IMG/VR virus record: IMGVR_UViG_3300044630_003799
Location: 1 to 60,694 of that record
Source of the DNA: a virus
Taxonomy: Duplodnaviria; Caudoviricetes
Strand: one strand, 5' to 3'
DNA: 60,694 bases
The notes under the pieces were generated by a model. That model saw only the letters and a list, made by a program, of their open reading frames with translations. It was not told the DNA's origin and searched no databases. Position numbers and translations under genes: made by a program. Positions within the stretch are counted from its first letter, which is position 1, and each line of letters opens with the position of its first letter. Positions 1-11,419 of this stretch are shown here, in pieces.

Positions 1-99
1 TAAAAATTCATCTTGTTCTATTTTGTCCCATTCTGGTTGATATACTGGATAAATTACAGACATACCACCATCATCATTTTTATATATTATCACTTTCAT
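1..99 (-). CDS. partial ORF (runs off the left end), probable tail fibre assembly/chaperone protein
   Basis: ATG at 99, reads MKVIIYKNDDGGMSVIYP...; lies directly downstream of a tail fibre gene. Confidence 0.4.
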   Translation of the reverse strand, partial: MKVIIYKNDDGGMSVIYPVYQPEWDKIEQDEFL

Positions 100-103
100 A
101 ATT

Positions 104-2761
104 TTATCTAAAGAATACTGCTCTTACGGCGACTGCATCATACAATTGTGCGCCGTGAATATATTCACAAACTAAACGACAACTACCAGCAACTTGAGCA
201 TTTGTTTGTCTGGCGACAGCTAATACTAATTGATTAAGACTTGAGGCAGATGTATAATCTAATGTAACAGTTCCAGCTACAACATAATTAGCATCTACAA
301 ATGCGCTCGTAAAGTTTACTGTGTAATCACCTACTCCATTATCAGTTAGACTTCCTACATTATGATTAGCATTAATTGCAATTGTTCCTGTTCCATTAAA
401 ATGCACCCAAGCTTTAGCTGTATTTATAGCTGTTATAGCAGAAGAAAATGTTTTAGCTCCTGTTATCGTTTGAGTTGTTGAAACATAAACGCCATCTGTT
501 ACTGCGCCAGCAGTTAAGCTTGAAGCAGTGCCTGATAAAGATCCACCCAAAGTTAAATTTCCAGAAGTAGTAACTGTTCCAGATAAAGTTATTCCAGATA
601 CAGCTCCAGTTCCACCAACGCTTGTGACTGTACCACTTCCTGTTCCAATACCAAGATTAGTTCTAGCTTGTGCCGCTGTTGTTGCTCCAGTGCCGCCATT
701 TGCTATTGCGACCGTTCCAGTAACATTATCTGCATATCTTGCAGAATCTACACGAACACCATATGTATTTACCCCATTCCAACCCATTAATGTTGGATAC
801 GTTCCAGTCCAAGCTACATCTGGATTTGTATTACTTATTGTACCACCAGCAGGAGAAGTAGAATTTGAAGCATCAAAAATGGTATGACCATTACCATAAT
901 GCTTCCATGAAAGTTGTCCAACAACTGCCGTAATTGTTCCATTTGTTGACCAATTAGTTCTATTTGTGCTTAGATTTGTAGCGGTAGCAGCGTTACCACT
1001 TGTATTTTGATTTAATGTTGGAACATCAGCCGCTTGTATGGTAGACATGATTACATTAGTTCCATTACCGCGTAAATAACTACCACTAGTAACTGCGCCA
1101 GCAAATGCATTCATTGCCAATTGAGCAGTTAATGCTGAAACTGTATTATCGGCATTTATTCTTGGAAAAGTTATTGCGCCTGGATTTGTTAACGTGAAGA
1201 AATTTCCTCCAGCAGTTGTCGCTCCAAGATTTGTTCTAGCGTTCGCTGCGGTTGTGGCTCCAGTTCCACCATTCGCTACTGCAACCGTTCCAGTTACATT
1301 CGCGGCATTTCCAGTACACGAACCAGAACTTCCAGATACATTTCCAGTTACGTTTCCAGTCAAATTACCAGAGAATGTTGCAACAACAGTCCCAGAACAA
1401 GTAATCGCACTAGAACCGCTTCTATATAATCTTGCTCCAGTATCATCGCCAAATTGCAATCCTCCAGTTGCGGCTGTTGGAGCGCCAGTATTAATTTGGA
1501 GTAAAGTAGCTGGAGATGAAGTACCAATACCTAAATTTCCAGGTATATTACTTATATAATCTGCGCCTCTATAATAATTTTGAGCTACATATACTTTGAA
1601 ATCTCTGAAATAGATTCTTTGTCTATATAAACTAACCAATACTCTTACCCATTCATAATCATTCTGATTATTAAGATCTGTTTGTTTAATTAGATTCCAA
1701 ATTCCATTTCTATAAACGTAATGTAAAGCTCCTCTTGCTTTTAATACAGTTTTAAACCTCCACCAAGCATTTTTTGTATCAAAAGTATAATCAGCACCAC
1801 TACTACCGCCATTAGTATAAACGCTTAGTGCAGCATTATCTTGATACGTTAAATTTGCTGGCGTTTGATTATAATTATAATTTACAGATTCTCCACCAAC
1901 AAAACCAATCATACAATAAATATCTGTACCACTATTAACTTGAGCAAAAGATTCGTATTCAAGAGTTAAACCTTCGACTCTTAAGAATTTGCATTTGCTT
2001 AATATACCTCTACTCCAATCATTGCTAGTTCCAGCATCAATATACCAAGATCCATCACCATAATCATTAACTGTAGGAACAATGGTTAAACCAGTAGTAT
2101 CCCAATCATTTACTGCTCTATTTGCTCCTCTAAAGGAATATTGATTTTGACCAAAAATATGAGGCACAGTTACTATGCCACCTGGACCAAGAGATAATCC
2201 GTCAATCCAAGCGTCATTTGCAATATTACTTACTCGTAATACTAATGATGAACCATAAGTATTAGGATAAATTAAATTACCTAAAGTCTGTAAATAAGTT
2301 CCTGCTAATATAGCATCGCCAGTTCTAAAGCTATTTGAAGCAAATACAAATCCAGATGCAGATCTATATAATCTAGCAGTTGTATCACTACCAAATTGTA
2401 TTCCATCAGTAGCCCCTGTTGGCGTTCCGCTTCCTAATTGAAGTCTTGTAACTTGACTTGTTGTACCTACACCAATAAAACCATTAGTTTTATTAATTGT
2501 AAAAGAACCAAAATCGGCAGAAAGATTAAAATAACTTCCGCTATTATCTCCAACGCCAAGACTCCAAACGGTAGATCCACCTGAATATAATCTTAATACA
2601 GATGTAGCAGTAGAATGATTTATACTTAACTGCCCAGAAAGCGTTCCTCCTGTTAATGGCAATTTAGTAGAATCTGTAGCAGATGTTGCCGTAGCAGCAT
2701 TACCAGTAATGCTACCATTAATCGCATTAGTGACTGTTAATTCATTTAATTTTAATGACAT
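104..2761 (-). CDS. tail fibre protein (885 aa)
   Basis: Gly/Thr/Ala-rich GNAATAT and ANGGTGATTA repeats, GIGT repeats, C-terminal AKAWVHFNG...GDYTVNF fibre-tip motif. Confidence 0.8.
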   Translation of the reverse strand: MSLKLNELTVTNAINGSITGNAATATSATDSTKLPLTGGTLSGQLSINHSTATSVLRLYSGGSTVWSLGVGDNSGSYFNLSADFGSFTINKTNGFIGVGTTSQVTRLQLGSGTPTGATDGIQFGSDTTARLYRSASGFVFASNSFRTGDAILAGTYLQTLGNLIYPNTYGSSLVLRVSNIANDAWIDGLSLGPGGIVTVPHIFGQNQYSFRGANRAVNDWDTTGLTIVPTVNDYGDGSWYIDAGTSNDWSRGILSKCKFLRVEGLTLEYESFAQVNSGTDIYCMIGFVGGESVNYNYNQTPANLTYQDNAALSVYTNGGSSGADYTFDTKNAWWRFKTVLKARGALHYVYRNGIWNLIKQTDLNNQNDYEWVRVLVSLYRQRIYFRDFKVYVAQNYYRGADYISNIPGNLGIGTSSPATLLQINTGAPTAATGGLQFGDDTGARLYRSGSSAITCSGTVVATFSGNLTGNVTGNVSGSSGSCTGNAANVTGTVAVANGGTGATTAANARTNLGATTAGGNFFTLTNPGAITFPRINADNTVSALTAQLAMNAFAGAVTSGSYLRGNGTNVIMSTIQAADVPTLNQNTSGNAATATNLSTNRTNWSTNGTITAVVGQLSWKHYGNGHTIFDASNSTSPAGGTISNTNPDVAWTGTYPTLMGWNGVNTYGVRVDSARYADNVTGTVAIANGGTGATTAAQARTNLGIGTGSGTVTSVGGTGAVSGITLSGTVTTSGNLTLGGSLSGTASSLTAGAVTDGVYVSTTQTITGAKTFSSAITAINTAKAWVHFNGTGTIAINANHNVGSLTDNGVGDYTVNFTSAFVDANYVVAGTVTLDYTSASSLNQLVLAVARQTNAQVAGSCRLVCEYIHGAQLYDAVAVRAVFFR

Positions 2762-2773
2762 AAATTTATTCTA

Positions 2774-5700
2774 TTAAATCATCCTTCTAAATTTAAATAT
2801 ATAATTTGAAGCTCCAGATGTAGCTACACTGGATATAATTTGTAATTTTAAAACTCCAGACACTCCTCTTAATGTTCTCAAGTTAATATATATTCCATTT
2901 GGCGCATGACCAGATTTATGTAATGGAATTTCATCATAATTTGTGCTATTAGTTGCCCCTGCATACCAATACATAATTCCTGTATAAGTTTCGTTATAAT
3001 GACCTCCTGAAACAGCATAATTATCTACATTTAAAGTTAATATATAAGCTCCTGATACTAAATCAGATCCTGCTGATATACCTGTATCTATCCAACTTGT
3101 AGTAACTGTCAATGACTTTGTAACTGTTACTAAACTGAAAAGATCACCAGCAGTTCCATCTGTATCGTTTCTTACATATCTTGCTGCAACAGCACCGCCT
3201 AATTGAGAAGCGTTTGTAGCGGTAGCAGCATTTCCTGTACAAGATCCAGAGCTTCCAGTTGTGTTTTGGTTTAAAGTTGGAACGTCTGATGCTTGTATAG
3301 CGGACATTACGACATTTGTTCCATTGCCTCGTAAGTATTGAGCATTCGTAACTGCTCCAGCCAACGCATTGATTGCCAACTGAGCAGTTGTAGCTCCTGT
3401 TCCGCCATTAGCAATCGCTACTGTTCCAGTAACATTTGCAGCAGTGCCGCTGATATTTACTCCATTTAAAGTCAATGCAGCAGAAGCGCGATTTATAGCA
3501 ACTGATGTAGTTCCAATAAAAAATGATTGATCAGTAAATGCTACATCTTTAAAAGATGAATAAGCTACAGATGTGCCAAAACCAGCCTGATAAATACGCA
3601 TTCCAATAGCGTCTTTACGGAACATTACTAAATTATCATTTCCACCAGTCGCATCACTATATGATCTTAAATGTAAATAATCTGCATATGGCGAACTATC
3701 ATTATTAGCCCAAGAAGTAAAACCAAATCTTAATCTAAATGCATCATCTTCATTTGAAGATATTGTCCTATTGTCTCTACTAGTTAAACGATCTGAAGTT
3801 GTAGCAAGAGAAGCTGTAGCAGCATTTCCAGTTGTACTTTGATTCAACGTTGGAACGTCTGCCGCTTGTATTGTGGACATGACCACATTGGTTCCGTTTC
3901 CGCGCAAATAACTACCGCTTGTAACCGCGCCAGCAAACGCATTCATCGCAGCTTGGGCGGAAGTTTGACCACTTCCACCATTTGCAAGCGCAACTACTCC
4001 AGTAACATTTGTTGCATTTCCAGTTAAATTACCAGAGAATGTGGCGGCGATAGTTCCAGAGCAAGTAATTATACCTGAAGCAGATCTGTATAATCTTGTT
4101 CCTGTGTCACCACCAAATTGAATGCCGCCTGTTGCTGCTGTCGGAGTTCCAGTTCCAATTTGTAATAATGTAGCAGGACTATCTGTACCAATACCAACAT
4201 TACCATCTGACTTAATACGCATCTTTTCTGTTGGTAATGTATTTGTAGCGTTTGTAGCAAAAATCAAAGCTTGAGCATTATCTCCAGCACCTCCTAAATC
4301 AATCCTTGATCCAACATAAGAATAAGCATTAACATTCGTAGTTGTATTTGTAAAAGCAATTACAGATCCAGTATTAAAAGTATCAGAAGAAGCAGAACTG
4401 CGAATTCTAGTTATTATATTTACTGCGGCATTAGTTCCTGGTCCTATAATATCTAATTCATATTGAGGATTGTTTGTTCCAATTCCAACTCTATTATTTC
4501 TTAATACAAAATCATTCGCGCCGTATTGACCCATGACAACTCTGTCATCAGCAAAAACTTCTAACACAGGTAAACCTGCGCTATTATTTACAGACATTAA
4601 ACTATCAGATAAATCATCGACAACTGAAAATAACGTGCCGTTCGTACCATCTACTCTTAAAGCTGCTGCACCAGAGATTGCTTCATTTATATGAAGTTGA
4701 GCTAATGGAGAAGTTACTCCTATACCTACATTACCATCTGTAGCAATGCGCATTCTTTCTTGCTGACCAGCAAACATTCTTATTAATTGAGTTCCAGCAT
4801 CTAAAAATGCTCCCGTTCCATCAGTTCCTACATAAAAACCATAAGCAGACGAACCAAAACAACCAGATCCATTAACATCAAGAATTGAATTTAATCTAAT
4901 TGTAGTTTTACTAATTCCTACGCTTCCTTGTACTAGCAGTCCATTTGTTGGCGCAGCAGTATTATAACCGCTACCAATACTCACTGAACCATTAACGTGC
5001 AATTTATTATTTGGACTTGCATTTCCTATACCGATATTACCATTTTGCTTAATACGCATGGTTTCGGTTCTGTTATACAAAGTTTCGTTTACATATCCAT
5101 TTTGAAATATATGATCTTGAAAAGTTCCATATATCATGCTGTCTGAACCTGCACTTGCTCCCGAGTTTCCAAACACAACATAACCACCTATATTATTATC
5201 CAAAAAGATTAAACCAGCATATGTTCCGTTATCTACTGTATTTCTAAATGTTAGATAATTACTTGTATTAGAATCAATCAATATATTTGTACCTGTAGGA
5301 ACTGTTCCAGTTCCAGTTGGTGAAGATGCGCGAATATTTAATAATCCGACTGGAGCAGTTGTGCCTATACCAACATTACCACCTTGCTCATTAAAGAAAG
5401 AATTTCCACCAGCAAGTCCCAATCTATGATTTCTAGTCCATGTAGATCCATCGCTAGATGATATTCCTCCAAATTCAATAAGACCATCACTTATATGATT
5501 AAGAGAAAAAATTCTCATTCCCGCATTAGAAGGCGCAAGTCCAAATCCTACTCTAATATTCGCCCCAGTTTCTCCAATCAATAAAACTTGACCGACGTTA
5601 TTAGCTTTAGCAAGATCCAATAAAACTCTTGGAGATGCTACTCCTATGCCAACATTTCCACCATGAGGTTGTAAACTAAAATCATAATAAGTTGCAGTGT

Positions 5701-8209
5701 CTGTTCTTCTTTGTTGCAATGCTCCTTTTCCATCACCATAAGTTGCGAACATTGTTCCATAAGCAACATCAGAATTTGATATAATTAAGGAAGGATCTGT
5801 TGGATTTGTCGCGCTTAAACTTGGCGATGTAGTTGTTGCAGATATTTGTAATCTACCATAATTAACAGAATTTGATCCTATAGCTACACTTCCATTTATT
5901 GCAACTGGACCTGAATCTCTTGTTAACTGAACTTTTCTTATCTTCCAACCTCCAATATATGTAAGTATTGTACCACCAGTATAATTATATATAATGTATG
6001 GACGAATATATCTTACAGGACCGCCATCACTTGTATTATATGGAGTATGACTTGTTGGTAATACTAATGTTCCGCTATATTTTGTCCATGTACTATTTGA
6101 TGGAATTGTTTGATTAGACGCAATAAAATAACCACTTGGAGCAGTATTTAATCCCGCATTAGCATCTATCATCTTTTTATCTTTATCAAAACGTTGCACA
6201 CCGCAATAAATCACTCCTGCTGTTCCCGCTGCTCCAGTAGCTCTATAAGCCCATATTTCTCCGTATATTGTTTCACCCGCTTGAACAGGTATAAGGTCTG
6301 ACATTGCTGCTTCACCATAAGCACTAACAGAAAGAACTTTACTAAATGGTGCGGTAGTATTAGTTAAAGTCGTAAATGTAGGAGCAGTTCCTGAAATGCT
6401 TAAAATGCTACTTAAAGTTTCTGATTCAATATATGGCTGTAAATTAAAATAATTAAAATCATCTGTCTGGACAGCTTCGTTATAAACAATTCCACCAAAT
6501 CTTGTAGTTCCATTAACATCCAATTTATAAGATGGAAGTACTACTCCTATTCCGACATTACCATCATTTTGGATGGTCATTTTTATATCACCAATAGAAG
6601 ATCTACTACCACTTATACTTGACGTATCATTTGTACTATCATTATAAAAATGAATCGCGCCTCTACCATTAGTCAAATGTCTTTCATAACCAATACCCGC
6701 TTTTATCGATCTTGTTTCTGCTCCTCCAGTGACATCAAAAGAGTATGTTGGTATTGGACTATTATTATTAAAATTTGTTGCAAGATAATTAAAAGTTAAA
6801 GCGTTTGCAGAAAAATAACTTTCTACTTTTGCATTAGAAGTTGTTACTCCAATACCTACATTTCCTGCGGTATCAATTGTCATTCTAACAACCGGCGAAT
6901 TACCAGGAACTCCATCATTTTGTTTTGTAAAAAATTGAAGATAACCACCCCAACCATCTATTGGATTTGCAAGTATTCTAGCAAGATTTGCATCGCCAGT
7001 AAGACTTGTTGTTGCGCTTTGAGATAAATAAAAATTTATTGATGGACCTGTATTACCTGCTACAGCACTAACTCCAGTTCTTAATAACCCAAATGTGTTT
7101 GCTGATGAATTTCCTACACTGAGCGGTTGAAGATTGCTTATAACACCTATGCCTACGCTACCACTGCTATTAATACGCATTACTTCACTAGTTGTTACCG
7201 CGCTTCCAATAGCTACAGTTTGTGATGCGCCAATATACCAACGATGCGTACCACCATCTTGAGTATAAGCGCTTCTTGGTATCGCAATTGATGTTGCGCT
7301 TAAAAATGCTCCTGTACCAGAAGTAGAAGGAGTTACTGCGTATCCTAAAACTGGACCGCCGCTGCTTTGCTCCGTTCCTAATACAGTTAAAGCTCCAGCA
7401 GTATAATATCCAGCAATTATTGTTGATCCACTAGTTGATGAAGCTGTGCCAGAAGTTATAGATCCACTTCTTACATCTAATTTTGTTAATGGACTTGCCG
7501 TGCCTATCCCGACATTTCCAGTTCCATGAGGAGATAGAATAATATTACCATTACCTGCGGCAGTGGCTAAAGTTAAAGCTCCTGTATCAGTCTGAATAGT
7601 TTGAGCGCCGCTAGATTGTAAAATACCAGCAGCAGTAATAACCCATCTTTCATTATTGCCAGTTCTAAAATGCAATACTTGGCCTGATGCCGCATTTAAA
7701 AATGTTTCTCCAGCAGGACTTTGCAAAAGAACATAGTTTGCACTATTTGAGCTTAAAGAATTATTTTGTAGATAAATATAAGTAGGATCAAACGGCCAAG
7801 TTCCCAACTCTAATAAACCAACTCTTGCAGTCGCAGTAATTCCTCTTACGTCTAATTTATAAGCAGGAGAACTTGTACCAATGCCGACTTTATTTGCGCT
7901 TATTACAAAATCATTTGCTCCATATTGACCAGCAATTACGCTATTATTTGCAAAAACCTCAAAAACTGGCAAACCACCAATTGTATTTACAGACATCAAA
8001 GAATTAGAAAGATCATCTATAACTTCAAAAAGAGTGCCATTTACACCTTCCGCTTTAAATGCTGAACCTAAAGATGTTGAAGATAATACATTAAGATTGC
8101 TATTAAAATTAAAGGCTGTACCAGATATATTTAATCTCTTGGTAGAGTTAGATCCATCAGTAAAATCTATTTTACTACTTGCTGGCGTTATTAATACATC
8201 GCTTGGCAT
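2774..8209 (-). CDS. long tail fibre protein (1811 aa)
   Basis: many (M)RI..GNVGIG(T) beta-repeat units typical of phage fibres; modules shared with the other two fibre genes. Confidence 0.8.
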   Translation of the reverse strand: MPSDVLITPASSKIDFTDGSNSTKRLNISGTAFNFNSNLNVLSSTSLGSAFKAEGVNGTLFEVIDDLSNSLMSVNTIGGLPVFEVFANNSVIAGQYGANDFVISANKVGIGTSSPAYKLDVRGITATARVGLLELGTWPFDPTYIYLQNNSLSSNSANYVLLQSPAGETFLNAASGQVLHFRTGNNERWVITAAGILQSSGAQTIQTDTGALTLATAAGNGNIILSPHGTGNVGIGTASPLTKLDVRSGSITSGTASSTSGSTIIAGYYTAGALTVLGTEQSSGGPVLGYAVTPSTSGTGAFLSATSIAIPRSAYTQDGGTHRWYIGASQTVAIGSAVTTSEVMRINSSGSVGIGVISNLQPLSVGNSSANTFGLLRTGVSAVAGNTGPSINFYLSQSATTSLTGDANLARILANPIDGWGGYLQFFTKQNDGVPGNSPVVRMTIDTAGNVGIGVTTSNAKVESYFSANALTFNYLATNFNNNSPIPTYSFDVTGGAETRSIKAGIGYERHLTNGRGAIHFYNDSTNDTSSISGSRSSIGDIKMTIQNDGNVGIGVVLPSYKLDVNGTTRFGGIVYNEAVQTDDFNYFNLQPYIESETLSSILSISGTAPTFTTLTNTTAPFSKVLSVSAYGEAAMSDLIPVQAGETIYGEIWAYRATGAAGTAGVIYCGVQRFDKDKKMIDANAGLNTAPSGYFIASNQTIPSNSTWTKYSGTLVLPTSHTPYNTSDGGPVRYIRPYIIYNYTGGTILTYIGGWKIRKVQLTRDSGPVAINGSVAIGSNSVNYGRLQISATTTSPSLSATNPTDPSLIISNSDVAYGTMFATYGDGKGALQQRRTDTATYYDFSLQPHGGNVGIGVASPRVLLDLAKANNVGQVLLIGETGANIRVGFGLAPSNAGMRIFSLNHISDGLIEFGGISSSDGSTWTRNHRLGLAGGNSFFNEQGGNVGIGTTAPVGLLNIRASSPTGTGTVPTGTNILIDSNTSNYLTFRNTVDNGTYAGLIFLDNNIGGYVVFGNSGASAGSDSMIYGTFQDHIFQNGYVNETLYNRTETMRIKQNGNIGIGNASPNNKLHVNGSVSIGSGYNTAAPTNGLLVQGSVGISKTTIRLNSILDVNGSGCFGSSAYGFYVGTDGTGAFLDAGTQLIRMFAGQQERMRIATDGNVGIGVTSPLAQLHINEAISGAAALRVDGTNGTLFSVVDDLSDSLMSVNNSAGLPVLEVFADDRVVMGQYGANDFVLRNNRVGIGTNNPQYELDIIGPGTNAAVNIITRIRSSASSDTFNTGSVIAFTNTTTNVNAYSYVGSRIDLGGAGDNAQALIFATNATNTLPTEKMRIKSDGNVGIGTDSPATLLQIGTGTPTAATGGIQFGGDTGTRLYRSASGIITCSGTIAATFSGNLTGNATNVTGVVALANGGSGQTSAQAAMNAFAGAVTSGSYLRGNGTNVVMSTIQAADVPTLNQSTTGNAATASLATTSDRLTSRDNRTISSNEDDAFRLRFGFTSWANNDSSPYADYLHLRSYSDATGGNDNLVMFRKDAIGMRIYQAGFGTSVAYSSFKDVAFTDQSFFIGTTSVAINRASAALTLNGVNISGTAANVTGTVAIANGGTGATTAQLAINALAGAVTNAQYLRGNGTNVVMSAIQASDVPTLNQNTTGSSGSCTGNAATATNASQLGGAVAARYVRNDTDGTAGDLFSLVTVTKSLTVTTSWIDTGISAGSDLVSGAYILTLNVDNYAVSGGHYNETYTGIMYWYAGATNSTNYDEIPLHKSGHAPNGIYINLRTLRGVSGVLKLQIISSVATSGASNYIFKFRRMI

Positions 8210-8234
8210 ATATCCTTATATTTTAGTTACACTT

Positions 8235-9431
8235 TTATAATCCGAATCTACCTTTAGTAGCATTAAAGTTTTGAAGAACTTCTGCGGCAGATAATGATCT
8301 ATTATATATCTGTCCTGCATTTATATATCCTTTAAAATATTCTGAGTTTGAAACTCCTCCTGTTAAATGACCAAAGTAATTATAATTGCCCCAACCAGAA
8401 GGAATATTCGCGCTTGTTCCTACATTTACTCCATTTAAATAAAGAGTTGATATAGTTCCATTACATGTGAATGTTATATTATACCAAGTATTAACAGAAA
8501 CAGTAGATGAAGAAGTTATAGATGGTGTACCAAGCCAAGCACTTCCATTTCCAATATAAACAACTAAATTTCCCGCGCCATTTCTATTTAGTGATATTGC
8601 TAAAGTATTATGTGGGTATCCATTAAAAAAAGAATTAAAAGATTTAGTTTGATCTGTATATTTAGCATACCCAGAGATTGTTATTGGAGTAGATAAAGTT
8701 TGACTAACTGGAATATAATTACTGCTTCCATTAAAATATAAGTTTCCATCACTATCAAATCCAGCATTTGTTAAATCAATTGTATTTGAATTATTATATA
8801 AATTTAATAATCCTTGAGTTGATGTTCTTGTCCCATTTGTAAAAGATGTTGGATATGATTTTTTCTCCCATTGAAGACCATTTATATATAATACTCCAGC
8901 AGATGCGCTATATCCCCAAGATGGACCATCAACAACAATTGCATTTGTATATGCTTCATTTATTCTAGTTGTTGTATAATTATATCTCCAAGTTCCATCT
9001 GCTATAATTGTACTTCTATCAGCTAAAATAGTTGTATTATATGCTCTAGACCAATCACTTGTATAAAATCCACCAACTCCAAAATTAGTAATTCCTGCTG
9101 GTGCTATTGTTTTATACCAATAACTTGTTGTCCAAATATCGTTAGCAGAACCTGTCCAAACATTATTATATGTACTTTCCCAGCCATTCCATTGATTAGA
9201 ACTTCCTGTTTTTATAAACTTCCATGTTTTAGAGTTTGCAATTGGACCAGCATCACTCGTACTTGATACATCAGTATTAGTTCCACTTACCGTCCAAGGA
9301 TCAGGCTGATTTGAAATTGTAAAATATCTATTTTCAGTTGGTGCGCCAATAAATGAATTTCTAGTATCTCCAACGTCATAAGAAAATACTAATCCATCTT
9401 CTATTAAATTTGGTCCTAATGATGCAGCCAT
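8235..9431 (-). CDS. LamG/concanavalin-like virion protein with an inserted carbohydrate-binding-like domain
   Basis: GLVFSYD N-terminus, LYLNG motif, C-terminal YNRSLSAAEVLQNFNATKGRFGL. Confidence 0.75.
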   Translation of the reverse strand: MAASLGPNLIEDGLVFSYDVGDTRNSFIGAPTENRYFTISNQPDPWTVSGTNTDVSSTSDAGPIANSKTWKFIKTGSSNQWNGWESTYNNVWTGSANDIWTTSYWYKTIAPAGITNFGVGGFYTSDWSRAYNTTILADRSTIIADGTWRYNYTTTRINEAYTNAIVVDGPSWGYSASAGVLYINGLQWEKKSYPTSFTNGTRTSTQGLLNLYNNSNTIDLTNAGFDSDGNLYFNGSSNYIPVSQTLSTPITISGYAKYTDQTKSFNSFFNGYPHNTLAISLNRNGAGNLVVYIGNGSAWLGTPSITSSSTVSVNTWYNITFTCNGTISTLYLNGVNVGTSANIPSGWGNYNYFGHLTGGVSNSEYFKGYINAGQIYNRSLSAAEVLQNFNATKGRFGL

Positions 9432-9436
9432 AAATT

Positions 9437-10135
9437 TTATAATTCGAATCTAGCTTTTGTAGCGTTATAATTTTGCAATATTTGAGATGCGGATAAAGTT
9501 GTATTATACAAATGTACTTGAGCTATAGATCCAGGAAAATACTGCGCCGCTCCAGTTCCTATTGCTATTCTTTTTTCATCTGTATTATTAATCATTGTAT
9601 ACGCAGCAGTACCAAGATTAGAAATTGCCGCGCCATTTACATATAAAGTTCCGCCATTTATACTATTACTTACTTTAACAAAAGATATATAATACCAAGA
9701 ATTTGGGGCGATAACATTATTATTTGATTCACAAATAAATGTATTTATTCCTGTTACTAATATTCTATTTGTTCCACCGCTTCCAGTTCCTACTTCAAAT
9801 TGCCAACAACCTGTAGTGTTATTTGTTCTAGTGGAAAAAATTCCATATCTCGCTGATAAGTTTGTCGCTTTTATCCACGCGCAAATTGTAAATGTATCTG
9901 CAACTTGTAATGAAGAAGAATTTGCTATAGCAATATATTGATTAGTTCCATTAAAAACTATATTTCCAATATTTGAGCTACTAAAAGTTGGACTATTAGT
10001 TAAAGTTCCAGTATTACTATTTCTACTTATATCTATCCAAGATGTTCCAGATCCAATATAACTATTGTAATCTCCAGCATCATACGCTAATATTAATCCA
10101 GTATTTATTAATCTTGGTCCTCTAGATATTGCCAT
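9437..10135 (-). CDS. LamG-like virion protein (minimal form, no insert)
   Basis: GLILAYDAG..SY.GSGTSWIDIS, FTICAWIK, LYVNG, QNYNATKARFEL. Confidence 0.8.
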   Translation of the reverse strand: MAISRGPRLINTGLILAYDAGDYNSYIGSGTSWIDISRNSNTGTLTNSPTFSSSNIGNIVFNGTNQYIAIANSSSLQVADTFTICAWIKATNLSARYGIFSTRTNNTTGCWQFEVGTGSGGTNRILVTGINTFICESNNNVIAPNSWYYISFVKVSNSINGGTLYVNGAAISNLGTAAYTMINNTDEKRIAIGTGAAQYFPGSIAQVHLYNTTLSASQILQNYNATKARFEL

Positions 10136-10137
10136 AA

Positions 10138-11400
10138 TTATAATCCAAATCTTGCTTTTGAAGCATTATAAAGTTGAAGAGATTCTGTCGCTGATAAAGC
10201 TCTATTATAAAATAAAACTTGAGATATACTTCCTTCAAAAGTATGATTGCCTTGATTCCCACCCGCCGTAGTTCCTATAGTTGGAGCATATCCTGCTTGC
10301 ATTCCTTGTACTCCAATATTCAAAGCCCCTTTATCTACTCCATTAAAATATCCTCTTCCAGCAGATCCATTCCAAGTTATTACTACATGATTCCAAGTAT
10401 TTGTATTTACAGAACCAATTGATAATTGCGTTTTACTTCCTCTTATGCCTACCACACAATAATATGGAGCTAACGATCCAGCACTTGTCGTTGCATCTCC
10501 TCCACTCACAAATAAAGCTAAAGTTTCAGCGCCACCAATTCCACCTCCATCACCAACTATACAATAAGAACAATTGCCTCCATTATTTGCTGAATTTCTT
10601 GTCGTAGTTGGAGAAATTGGAAATTTAAACCAAGCAGAAACCGTCCAAGCATATCCTACATCTGCATAAAAATTATTCGTAGAATATGTAAAAAATCCAG
10701 AAGTTGTAGTTATAGAAGCGTATTGAGTAGACCCATTCAATACGAAAGAATTATTAGAATATGTTGGCAAATTATTAATTACAAATGAATTAGCATTTCC
10801 ACTAAAGTCGCGCCAAACTGCATCTCCATAATAATATGGATTAAAAGTTGTTGCGGCAGAAGATCTTTCCACTTGAACACTATCCCACCAAATATTAATT
10901 CCTGCTCCACCTGTATCTGGACCATCTAATCTAAATTGTACATATCTAGTATATGTATTTGTTAAAGTATAACTAAAACTAAATCTTTGCCAAGATGTTG
11001 TAATTGATAAAGTTCCTGCGGCGTAATCTGGCGAATTGTAAACAGATCCAGTAACATCTGCTCCATAAATAAAAATTTGTCCAGTTGTATTTACACTAGC
11101 TTTTGCGTAAATACTAACCGTCCAAGTTTGTCCACTTAAAGCAGACGCTAAATTTTGATTAAATGTATTATGAGCGGTATATGGATCATTTCCTGTCACA
11201 ATCATTTTCATTGGAACTGATCCGTATTGCCTAGTGATAGTAGTATCTCTAGAAAGAGTGCATTGATTTCCAGAACCCATATACACCCAAGCAAGTAAAT
11301 CTATTGGATTAGGATAAACGTTTGGGCTATAGCTATTTAAATCCGCCGCATCCAGCGCAGAAAGCAATCCATTCGTTACTATTTTAGGACCATACTGCAT
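10138..11400 (-). CDS. LamG-like virion protein with a CBM-like insert
   Basis: family N- and C-terminal motifs; insert contains WTVSIYAKA..WQRFSFS. Confidence 0.75.
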   Translation of the reverse strand: MQYGPKIVTNGLLSALDAADLNSYSPNVYPNPIDLLAWVYMGSGNQCTLSRDTTITRQYGSVPMKMIVTGNDPYTAHNTFNQNLASALSGQTWTVSIYAKASVNTTGQIFIYGADVTGSVYNSPDYAAGTLSITTSWQRFSFSYTLTNTYTRYVQFRLDGPDTGGAGINIWWDSVQVERSSAATTFNPYYYGDAVWRDFSGNANSFVINNLPTYSNNSFVLNGSTQYASITTTSGFFTYSTNNFYADVGYAWTVSAWFKFPISPTTTRNSANNGGNCSYCIVGDGGGIGGAETLALFVSGGDATTSAGSLAPYYCVVGIRGSKTQLSIGSVNTNTWNHVVITWNGSAGRGYFNGVDKGALNIGVQGMQAGYAPTIGTTAGGNQGNHTFEGSISQVLFYNRALSATESLQLYNASKARFGL

Positions 11401-11419
11401 ATATTATTATTTTACACTG